From assembly GCA_964645795.1 (NCBI GenBank), contig CAZYCL010000003.1:17163-81162 (forward strand): a stretch of DNA of 64,000 bases, given 5' to 3'. Of this stretch, positions 8,830 through 16,680 are shown piece after piece. Every line of letters begins with the position of its first letter. Positions within the stretch are counted from its first letter, which is position 1. The DNA is from an uncultured Planctomycetales bacterium. Its GTDB lineage: Bacteria; Omnitrophota; Gorgyraeia; Gygaellales; Profunditerraquicolaceae. Made by a program: the position numbers and the translations under genes. The notes under the pieces are model-generated. The model worked only from the letters and a program-made list of their open reading frames with translations. It ran no database searches and was not told the DNA's origin.

Positions 8830-10059
8830 ATGGACAAAACCCTTAAACACATGGATGCGGTCATTTACTGGTTGATTGTGATCATCCCGTTTTCCGTAGT
8901 CATATCCCCGGCTTTCCCGCATTCCTTTATCGGCCTGCTGTGTTTTCTGTTTTTGCTGAAGAAAATAATCAAGCGCCAGAGGCTGTTTATCCGCACTCCC
9001 GTAAACCTGGCCTATCTTTTGTTGATCCTGGCGGGGGTATTGTCTTTTAAGAACACCATAAGCTTTCCCGACAGCATGCACGGATTGGTGCGTAACCTGG
9101 AAAATGGCCTGTTCTTTCTGGCCTTGGCAGAAGAAATCAGGGACAAGGCGCATATCAGAAGAATAGTTTTATCGCTCATCGCCGCGGCGACGCTGGCATC
9201 GGTAGATGCCGCATGGCAGCTTATGACAGGTAGCGATTTTATCCGTGGCAGGCAGCTCATCATAAATATCGGTTTGAAGAGGGCGACTGCGGCGTTTCCC
9301 AACGCCAATGTCTTCGGGGTTTACATGAGCGCGGTAACTCCTCTTATCCTGGGGCTGGCGCTGTTCTATTTCAGGGGCCGCAGAAAATTCATGATGCTGG
9401 CGGCAGCAGCCATTGCGCTCTTCGGCCTGTTATCCACCTTTTCCCGCGGCTCGGCCCTGGGCTTATACGTCGGGTTATTGCTCATAGCCTTCATAAGAAA
9501 GAGCGCCCTGGGCAAGCTCTCTTTGATCGCCTTATTGTTTCTTGCACCATTAATGCTTCCCAGCCAGATCAAGGACTGGGCTAAAAGCATCAACTACAAC
9601 CCCGCGGTGTTCCTGCTTAATGCGGATAGGCTCAGTATTTTTAATAACTCCCTTAATATGATAAGGCACCATCCGGTGATCGGCGTCGGGCTTAATACCT
9701 ACTGCTCCAACTACCTTACTTACAAGCTGCCCGAGGCAAAAGGGGCGGAGAGCGCCGATCATATGTACAGCCACAATAACTTCCTTCAGGCTGCCGCGGA
9801 AACGGGGCTGGTAGGCCTGGCAGCTTTGCTGTATTTTCTTTTTGCACTGTTCAGGCAGGCATTTCGTTCAGCGGTAAGACTGGGCGACGGTTTTCTCAGG
9901 GCTGTCTCAGTGTGCACAGGTGGCGCGCTTTTGTCGTTTTTAGTTAACGGGTTGACCGAGACCAGCCTCTATTACTCCCGCGTGGCCATGATCTTTTGGT
10001 TTTTGGCAGGCCTTTCGCTTTCTTTAGGCAGGATCGCCGATGAGCATCAGTCCCGATAA
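8830..10059 (+). CDS. O-antigen ligase family membrane protein (second Wzy_C-like paralogue)
   Basis: 409 aa, polytopic. Carries ...LSTFSRGSALGLYVGLL..., the same ligase-domain motif as the gene at 1607-2794. Confidence 0.6.
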   Translation: MDKTLKHMDAVIYWLIVIIPFSVVISPAFPHSFIGLLCFLFLLKKIIKRQRLFIRTPVNLAYLLLILAGVLSFKNTISFPDSMHGLVRNLENGLFFLALAEEIRDKAHIRRIVLSLIAAATLASVDAAWQLMTGSDFIRGRQLIINIGLKRATAAFPNANVFGVYMSAVTPLILGLALFYFRGRRKFMMLAAAAIALFGLLSTFSRGSALGLYVGLLLIAFIRKSALGKLSLIALLFLAPLMLPSQIKDWAKSINYNPAVFLLNADRLSIFNNSLNMIRHHPVIGVGLNTYCSNYLTYKLPEAKGAESADHMYSHNNFLQAAAETGLVGLAALLYFLFALFRQAFRSAVRLGDGFLRAVSVCTGGALLSFLVNGLTETSLYYSRVAMIFWFLAGLSLSLGRIADEHQSR

Positions 10060-11026
10060 GGTAAAGACCATACTGGTCTTGCGTAACGACAGGTTCGGAG
10101 AGTTTTTGCTTAATATCCCGGCCTTCAGGGCGCTCAAGGAAACTTTTCCTTCGGCAAGGCTCATTGCCGTGATAAAGCCGGAAAACAGGCAGCTGGCCGA
10201 AGCCATACCCTATATTGATGAGATAATCGAGTGGGAAAACAAAAAACACTCCTTTGCGCAGATATTTACTTTGATCGGCAGCTTAAGGAAGAGGCGTATT
10301 GACATCGCGGTCATGCTTAACCCCTCCAAGGAGTTTAATATCATTGCCTGCCTTAGCGGCATACCCGTGCGCCTGGGCTACAACCGCAAGCTGGCGTTTC
10401 TTCTGACCCACAGGCTTGAAGATAAAAAGAGCCTCGGCGTAAAACATGAGATAGAGTATAACCTGGAGCTGGTCAATGTCATCGGGGCAAGGACCCGGGA
10501 TAAGAGGTTGTCCATTAACCTCCCGGAGGCAGAGCTTTGGCAGCTCGGCTTAAGCCTGCGGGGCGATTATGTAGTGATACACCCCTGGACCAGCGACACC
10601 ATAAAAAACTGGCCGGCGTCAAACTTTAAAGAGCTGGCGCACAGGCTTGCGAAAGATTTGGGGGTGGGCGTGGTCATCATCGGAGGAAAAGATGAGGCCC
10701 GGGCAAGCGCATTGATTTTCAATGAGGGATCCGATGTGCTTGCTGACTTTACCGGCAAAACCGATTTCAGCCAGCTGGCAGGCGTTCTTAAGAACTCCAG
10801 GCTTCTCATTTCCTGTGACAGCGGCCCGGTGCATCTGGCAGGCTGCCTGGACGTGCCGGTCCTGGCGCTTTTCCGTGACGACCTACCCGGTAAGACCTCT
10901 ACAAGGTGGGGGCCGGTCACCATAGGAAGCAGGGTCATTAAGACTTCGTATCTTAGCTCTGTTACGGTTGATGAGGTGTTTAGCGCCGTCAGAGATATGC
11001 TTAAAATAAAAAAGAAGGATAATTGA
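10040..11026 (+). CDS. GT9 glycosyltransferase (LPS heptosyltransferase family)
   Basis: 328 aa. ...ILVLRNDRFGEFLLNIPAFRALKETFP... N-terminus and ...GKTDFSQLAGVLKNSRLLISCDSGPVHLA... C-terminal motif match ADP-heptose:LPS heptosyltransferases. Confidence 0.75.
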   Translation: MSISPDKVKTILVLRNDRFGEFLLNIPAFRALKETFPSARLIAVIKPENRQLAEAIPYIDEIIEWENKKHSFAQIFTLIGSLRKRRIDIAVMLNPSKEFNIIACLSGIPVRLGYNRKLAFLLTHRLEDKKSLGVKHEIEYNLELVNVIGARTRDKRLSINLPEAELWQLGLSLRGDYVVIHPWTSDTIKNWPASNFKELAHRLAKDLGVGVVIIGGKDEARASALIFNEGSDVLADFTGKTDFSQLAGVLKNSRLLISCDSGPVHLAGCLDVPVLALFRDDLPGKTSTRWGPVTIGSRVIKTSYLSSVTVDEVFSAVRDMLKIKKKDN

Positions 11027-12090
11027 GAAGATTTCTGGCGATAAATCCGTTCGGCATAGGGGATGTACTTTTTACCACTCCCGTAATACGCTCGATCAAA
11101 AAGGCCTATCCGGACAGCTTTATAGGTTACTGGTGCAATCAAAGGACCCAGGGTGTCTTAAGCAACAATCCCTATATTGACAAGATCTTTGCTTTGTCCA
11201 GGGGTGACCTTAAGAAGGTATTCGCCCGTTCCTGGTTTGGCGGTGTAAGCGCGTATTTGAAGCTGTTTAAGGCCATTAAAGGCTCAAGCTTCGATATTTC
11301 TCTTGATTTTTCCCTCGACCACCGCTATAGTTTTATATCTAAATTAGCCGGCATCAGGGCGCGCCTGGGTTTTGACTATAAGGGCAGAGGCAGGTTTCTG
11401 ACCGAAAAGATCCATCTTGAAGCCTACGGCGGCCGGCCAGCGGCTGAGTATTATCTTGAGCTGCTTAAGTTTACCGGAATAGAGCCTTTTCCCGGCGGCC
11501 TTGACCTGTTTGTGCCTGCCGGCCATTCTCAGATGGCTACTGAGATGCTCTCCGGCTTCGGGATAAAGCATAAGGATGTCCTTATAGGTATTGCCGCAGG
11601 AGCAGGCGCCAGCTGGGGTAAGGAGGCCTACCTTAAGCATTGGCCGGCGGAGAAGTTCGCTCAGCTGGCGGAGAAGCTGTCAGGTGAGCTTGGCGCAAAG
11701 GTATTGATACTGGGTGACAGCTCAGAGAGGCACATCTCGGGGCTTATCGTTAATTCTACGGGCGGCCAGATCATCGACCTTACCGCCAAGACCGACCTGA
11801 TGCAGCTTGCCGCGATCATCGGAAAGCTGGATATCCTGGTAGCCAATGACGGCGGTCCGCTGCATATGGCGGTGGCCCTCGGCAAGAAAACCGTCTCCAT
11901 TTTCGGCCCGGTTGACGAACGGGTTTACGGGCCGTATCCCGCCTCAGGCATGCATAAGGTCATTACCAAAGACGTTGATTGCAGGCCCTGCTATAAGGAT
12001 TTCCGTATCGCTGATTGCAAGTATGGCAGAAGGTGCCTGGTTGATCTGGAAGTGGATGCGGTATTCCATGCGGTTAAGGAGTTGATATAG
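11023..12090 (+). CDS. GT9 glycosyltransferase (second heptosyltransferase paralogue)
   Basis: 355 aa. ...LAINPFGIGDVLFTTPVIRSIKKAYP... and ...AKTDLMQLAAIIGKLDILVANDGGPLHMA... 4-nt overlap with the preceding GT9 gene. Confidence 0.75.
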   Translation: MRRFLAINPFGIGDVLFTTPVIRSIKKAYPDSFIGYWCNQRTQGVLSNNPYIDKIFALSRGDLKKVFARSWFGGVSAYLKLFKAIKGSSFDISLDFSLDHRYSFISKLAGIRARLGFDYKGRGRFLTEKIHLEAYGGRPAAEYYLELLKFTGIEPFPGGLDLFVPAGHSQMATEMLSGFGIKHKDVLIGIAAGAGASWGKEAYLKHWPAEKFAQLAEKLSGELGAKVLILGDSSERHISGLIVNSTGGQIIDLTAKTDLMQLAAIIGKLDILVANDGGPLHMAVALGKKTVSIFGPVDERVYGPYPASGMHKVITKDVDCRPCYKDFRIADCKYGRRCLVDLEVDAVFHAVKELI

Positions 12091-12093
12091 GAT

Positions 12094-13206
12094 ATGAAAA
12101 TACTTGTCACCGGCGGCTGCGGTTTTATCGGCTCGCACTTGACTGACCGGCTGGTAAGCCTTGGTCATAAAGTGCGCGTTTATGACCTGCTTGAGCCGCA
12201 GGTCCATGGAAGGCAAAAGCCGTCTTTTTTGAATAAAGGCGCAGAGTATATCTATGCAGACGTCAGGAATAAGACGAAGCTAAAAGCCGCCCTGAAGGGC
12301 GTAGAGGCGGTTTTTCATGAGGCTTCCCAGGTCGGTGTGGGACAATCCATGTACCAGATAGAAAAGTACGTTTCCCACAATACCCTGGGCAGCGCCGTGC
12401 TGCTGGACTTGATCGTCAATACCAAAAATAAAGTGCAAAAACTGATCGTAGCTTCAAGTATGTCAATGTACGGGGAAGGCAGGTACCATTGCCGGGATTG
12501 CGGCGATGTTTATCCCGGATTAAGGGATGATGAGCAGATGGCAAAAAGCGAATGGGAGCTTAAGTGCCCGCATTGCTCGAAAGTAGCCAAGCCCCTTCCT
12601 ACCCCGGAGACAAAGCCTTTAGCCCCGAATTCAATATACGCCACGACCAAAAGATGCCAGGAGGAGATGTTTTTGGAGATAGGCCGCGCCTACAAGATAC
12701 CGACGGTGGCCCTGCGCTACTTCAACGTCTACGGCCCCAGGCAGTCTTTGAACAATCCTTATACGGGGGTGGCGGCGATATTCTTGTCGCAAGTAAAGAA
12801 TGATCACGCGCCGCTTATTTTTGAAGACGGGCTTCAGACAAGGGATTTTATCTATGTTTCGGATATTGTCCAAGCCAATATCCTGGCCCTTACCAGAAAA
12901 GAGGCGGATTATCAGATGTTCAACGCCGGAACAGGCCAGCCTCAGAGTATCCGCGGGGTCGCCGAGGCGATCATAAGGCTCAATAACAAAGACATTAAAC
13001 CGGGCATAACCCTGAAATTCAGGTCCGGTGACGTGCGCCACTGTTACGCCGACAACACCAAGATCTCATCGCTGCTGGGTTTTAGGCCTCAGTACGATTT
13101 TTCGCGAGGGATGAAAGAGCTGATGGAATGGTCCGAGACGCAGAAGGCAGCTGACCATAGCGTTAAGGCGCATAAGGAGTTAAAGAAGAGGGGGCTTACC
13201 CAATAA
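12094..13206 (+). CDS. NAD-dependent sugar epimerase/dehydratase (extended SDR) with an inserted zinc-ribbon
   Basis: MKILVTGGCGFIGSHL Rossmann start and YATTK catalytic motif. A roughly 45-aa insertion ...GRYHCRDCGDVYPG...KCPHCSK... with two CxxC pairs lies between the substrate-Ser region and YxxxK. Confidence 0.75.
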   Translation: MKILVTGGCGFIGSHLTDRLVSLGHKVRVYDLLEPQVHGRQKPSFLNKGAEYIYADVRNKTKLKAALKGVEAVFHEASQVGVGQSMYQIEKYVSHNTLGSAVLLDLIVNTKNKVQKLIVASSMSMYGEGRYHCRDCGDVYPGLRDDEQMAKSEWELKCPHCSKVAKPLPTPETKPLAPNSIYATTKRCQEEMFLEIGRAYKIPTVALRYFNVYGPRQSLNNPYTGVAAIFLSQVKNDHAPLIFEDGLQTRDFIYVSDIVQANILALTRKEADYQMFNAGTGQPQSIRGVAEAIIRLNNKDIKPGITLKFRSGDVRHCYADNTKISSLLGFRPQYDFSRGMKELMEWSETQKAADHSVKAHKELKKRGLTQ

Positions 13207-13207
13207 T

Positions 13208-13972
13208 ATGCAAAAATTGCCTGTTTCGGTCGTAGTGCTTACCAAAAACGAAGAAAGCTGCATCGCCGAATGCCTTCAATCGGTTGGCTGGGCAGATGAA
13301 GTTATAGTAGTTGATGATGAAAGCACGGATACAACGCTTGATATCGTAAAGAAGTATACCGATAAGGTATATTTGCGCAAGATGGATATCGAGGGCAAAC
13401 ACAGGAACTGGGCTTACCAGAAAGCCAGGAATAAGTGGGTATTGAGCCTTGATGCGGATGAGCAGGCGACCCCTGAGCTGGCCGGACAGATCGCAGAGGC
13501 CATAAAGAGCGATGAATATATAGTTTATGCCATTCCGCTGCGCAATTACATCGGCAACTATTGGGTGCGTTACGGAGGATGGTATCCTGCTTCGAAAACC
13601 CGGCTTTTCCTGAAAGACAAGTTTAAGTATGAAGAGGCAGAGGTCCATCCCCGCGCGGTATATGATGGCAAGTGCGGCCACCTGAAGGCCGACATCATCC
13701 ATAAGGGTTATCCGGACCTGGAGCACTTTTTGAACAGTATCAACCGTCAGTCTAGCCTGGAAGCTGTTAAATGGGTCAACACCGGCCGCAAGATGAGCTT
13801 TGGCCGGGCATTATGGCGGACGATCGACAGGTTCTTCAGGAGGTTCTTCGGCAAGAAAGGGCATAAGGACGGCATGTACGGTTTCATAATAGCTTTCTTT
13901 GATTCTTTATATCAAATACTGAGTTACGCCAAGTACAGGGAGATGCTTAATAAAAAGAAAGAGGTAAAATAA
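13208..13972 (+). CDS. GT2-family glycosyltransferase (paralogue of 5319-6083)
   Basis: ...VSVVVLTKNEESCIAECLQSVGWADEVIVVDDESTDTTLDIVKKY... Same length and architecture as the earlier GT2. Confidence 0.7.
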   Translation: MQKLPVSVVVLTKNEESCIAECLQSVGWADEVIVVDDESTDTTLDIVKKYTDKVYLRKMDIEGKHRNWAYQKARNKWVLSLDADEQATPELAGQIAEAIKSDEYIVYAIPLRNYIGNYWVRYGGWYPASKTRLFLKDKFKYEEAEVHPRAVYDGKCGHLKADIIHKGYPDLEHFLNSINRQSSLEAVKWVNTGRKMSFGRALWRTIDRFFRRFFGKKGHKDGMYGFIIAFFDSLYQILSYAKYREMLNKKKEVK

Positions 13973-15016
13973 ATGAAGATCCTGATCACCGGCGGCGCCG
14001 GGATGGTGGGCAGCCACGCAGCGGAGTTCTTCGCCACTTCCAACCCCAAGAACAAGGTCGTTGTCCTGGATAACCTCATGCGTTCCCAGATATTCGGTTA
14101 CGACAGGGAGTCAGTTGAGTATAACTGGAATTATTTAAAGGGTCTCAAGAACATCCAGCTTATCAAAGGCGATGTGCGTAATGAAAAGGACCTGGCTAAG
14201 GCCGTGGGTAAGGGCGTGGATGTGCTCATACATACTGCCGGCCAGCCAGGAGTGCCCTCGAGCGTGCGCATGCCGCTTGAGGATTTCAGCATTAACGCCT
14301 TCGGGACGCTGAATGTGCTGGAGGCGGTCAGAAAAAAGAGCAGGCATACTACGGTCATCTACTGCTCTACCAATAAGGTATTCGGGGAGAACGTGGATAA
14401 GCTGCGCCTGGAAGAAAAACAGAAGCGCTATAACTATAAGGATGTAAGGGGGGTGACCGAAGAGATGTGCACGGACCTGACAGGCCATACCCCTTACGGG
14501 GTGTCAAAGCTCGTCGGCGACCTCTACGTGCAGGAGTACAGCTATATTTATAAGATGAAGACGGCGGTTTTCCGCATGTCCTGTACTTACGGCACCAGGC
14601 AGTTCGGCTTCGAAGACCAGGGGTGGGTGGCATGGTTCATCATCGCCACGCTCTTTAACAAACCCGTTACTATCTACGGCAACGGCAAGCAGGTGCGGGA
14701 CATGCTCTACGTCAGCGACCTCGTGGACGCCTTCAATCGTTTTATCAACGGTTCTCTTAACCGGGGGCTGTTCAATATAGGCGGAGGCCCCGAGAACACC
14801 ATATCCCTGCTTGAGTTCGTTGATATACTCGATGAGCTTACCGGAGAGCGGCCCAGGATATCATTCTCTGACTGGAGGCCCTCAGACCAGAAGGTTTACA
14901 TAACCGATACTACCAAGCTGCAAAAGGCCCTTAATTGGAAGCCGCAGGTCCCGGTAAAAGAGGGGATAAAAAAGCTTATTGCCTGGGCCAGCCAGAACGA
15001 GGCGTTTTTTAAATAG
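13973..15016 (+). CDS. SDR epimerase, CDP-paratose 2-epimerase (RfbE)-like
   Basis: MKILITGGAGMVGSH..., STNKVFG, YGVSK, DQGWVAWF, YGNGKQVRD, NIGGG, SLLEF. This string of motifs parallels what I recall of Salmonella CDP-tyvelose epimerase. Confidence 0.6.
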   Translation: MKILITGGAGMVGSHAAEFFATSNPKNKVVVLDNLMRSQIFGYDRESVEYNWNYLKGLKNIQLIKGDVRNEKDLAKAVGKGVDVLIHTAGQPGVPSSVRMPLEDFSINAFGTLNVLEAVRKKSRHTTVIYCSTNKVFGENVDKLRLEEKQKRYNYKDVRGVTEEMCTDLTGHTPYGVSKLVGDLYVQEYSYIYKMKTAVFRMSCTYGTRQFGFEDQGWVAWFIIATLFNKPVTIYGNGKQVRDMLYVSDLVDAFNRFINGSLNRGLFNIGGGPENTISLLEFVDILDELTGERPRISFSDWRPSDQKVYITDTTKLQKALNWKPQVPVKEGIKKLIAWASQNEAFFK

Positions 15017-15037
15017 CGCCTTCTTTATAGCCTCATT

Positions 15038-15586
15038 ATGAAAGTACTCTTTCTGGACCGCGACGGGGTCATTAACCGATACCCCGGTCATAAGAAGTAC
15101 GTGACCGGTTGGAAAAGCTTTAGGTTCTTGCCGCGCGCCAAAATGGCCTTGCGGCTCCTGCATAAGAACCGTTTTCGTGTTTTTGTGGTCTCCAATCAGG
15201 CAGGGGTAAGTAAAGGGCTCTATACCCGCAAAGAGCTTGACCTGCTCACGCGCAATATGCTTAAAGAGGTGTCTGGCTCGGGAGGAAAGATCTCTAAAGT
15301 CTATTACTGCACTCACAGCCAGGATGAGCGTTGCAGCTGCCGCAAGCCCAAGCCCGGGCTTATCCGCAAGGCTAAAAAAGAGTTCGGCTTAAAAACAGCC
15401 GGCGCGTATTTTGTCGGAGACAGCATCCTGGATGTTAAGACCGCCAAGGCCTGCCGTCTTAAGTCGATTTTAGTGCTCTCCGGCAGAGAAAGACTCAAGG
15501 ATAAAAACAGCTGGGAGCTGCAGCCTGATGTAATCTGTAAGGATATACTGGAGGCCGCGCTGTTTCTGACGCGCGCAGACCGATGA
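15038..15586 (+). CDS. gmhB: D-glycero-D-manno-heptose 1,7-bisphosphate phosphatase (HAD-IIIA)
   Basis: MKVLFLDRDGVIN..., ...VVSNQAGVSKG..., zinc-binding CTHSQDERCSCRKPKPGL, ...GDSILDVKTAKA. Confidence 0.75.
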   Translation: MKVLFLDRDGVINRYPGHKKYVTGWKSFRFLPRAKMALRLLHKNRFRVFVVSNQAGVSKGLYTRKELDLLTRNMLKEVSGSGGKISKVYYCTHSQDERCSCRKPKPGLIRKAKKEFGLKTAGAYFVGDSILDVKTAKACRLKSILVLSGRERLKDKNSWELQPDVICKDILEAALFLTRADR

Positions 15587-16680
15587 AAATCCTGGTAGTA
15601 CACGCTTCAGCCGGCGGCGGCCATAAGTCTTGCGCCCAGGCCATATACGCCTATTTAGAAAAACACCGCAGCGATTGTGACGTAAAGCTCATAGACCTGC
15701 TTGAATATTCGGACTGGTTTTTCAGGTTTTCCTACTTAAAAGGCTATCCTTACCTGGTCCATAATTTTCTATGGCTTTGGGGTTTCTTTTATTGGCTGAG
15801 TTTCTATCCGCCGTTTTCCTGGGTTTTCCGTTTAATCAGCGCGATTTTTAACTTCCTGGCTAACAGAAGATTGGTCAAATTTTTCATGAGGGAGGATCCT
15901 GATTACATCGTCGCCCCGCATTTTATCCCGCCTGACATAGCCGGAGGCCTTAAGATCGCGAGAAAGCTCAGGGCCAAGATCATTACCGTTATTACCGACT
16001 TCGGCATCCATCCTTACTGGATAAACAGGTATACCGACCTCTACGTTGTCTATTCAGATTATGCCCGCCAGCAGCTTCTGGATAAGGGTATCCCGGATAC
16101 GGCGATAAACGCCACCGGTATCCCGGTACATGAAAAGTTTCTTAAAGATTATTCGCGGCGGGATACGGCGGCAAAGCTTGGGATAAAGGGCGATGTTTTT
16201 ACCATCCTTTTGGCCACCGGGTCATTTGGTTCCGGGCCGCTGGAGAAGTTCATAGACTTTTTTTGCGATGACGCGCAGATACTGGTTGTCTGCGCAAATA
16301 ACCGCAAGCTTTATAAGCGCTTGTCGCGTTCAAAGCGGCCGCACGTCAGGTTATTTGGTTTTGTGGACAATATGCAGGAATTAATGGCGTGTTCTGATGT
16401 TATGCTCACCAAGGGAGGAGGCTTAAGCATTTCAGAATGCCTGGCCATGCGTCTGCCTGCGCTGTTTATCTCCGCCATCCCCGGACAGGAAAGCCAGAAT
16501 ATCGGAGTGGTCACTTCGCATAAAGCGGGGATCGACCTGAGGGGTCTGAGTTTGGAAGAAATCAAAAAGGTTATCTTTGATCTAAAACTGCATCCGGAGA
16601 AGATCGAGAGCATCAAAGGCAATATCGAGCTTTTGAGAAAGCCGGATGCGGCAAAGGATCTTTCTAATGCCTTACGTTAA
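15583..16680 (+). CDS. GT28-family glycosyltransferase with MGDG-synthase-like N-domain (UgtP/YpfP/MurG-like diacylglycerol or lipid glycosyltransferase)
   Basis: MKILVVHASAGGGHKSCAQAIYAYL... N-terminus and a GT-B C-terminal half. Confidence 0.6.
   Translation: MKILVVHASAGGGHKSCAQAIYAYLEKHRSDCDVKLIDLLEYSDWFFRFSYLKGYPYLVHNFLWLWGFFYWLSFYPPFSWVFRLISAIFNFLANRRLVKFFMREDPDYIVAPHFIPPDIAGGLKIARKLRAKIITVITDFGIHPYWINRYTDLYVVYSDYARQQLLDKGIPDTAINATGIPVHEKFLKDYSRRDTAAKLGIKGDVFTILLATGSFGSGPLEKFIDFFCDDAQILVVCANNRKLYKRLSRSKRPHVRLFGFVDNMQELMACSDVMLTKGGGLSISECLAMRLPALFISAIPGQESQNIGVVTSHKAGIDLRGLSLEEIKKVIFDLKLHPEKIESIKGNIELLRKPDAAKDLSNALR

Noticed and set aside
10567-11142. 191-aa minus-strand ORF antisense to the GT9 heptosyltransferase genes
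   Set aside because: Shadow ORF. It overlaps two co-directional conserved genes and has a low-complexity Ser/Thr/Pro-rich translation.
16646-16666. Track ORF start for PriA at 16646 (MRQRIFLM...)
   Set aside because: The conserved PriA N-terminus begins at the internal Met (MPYVKV...) at 16667. The upstream extension would overlap the GT28 gene by 35 nt.
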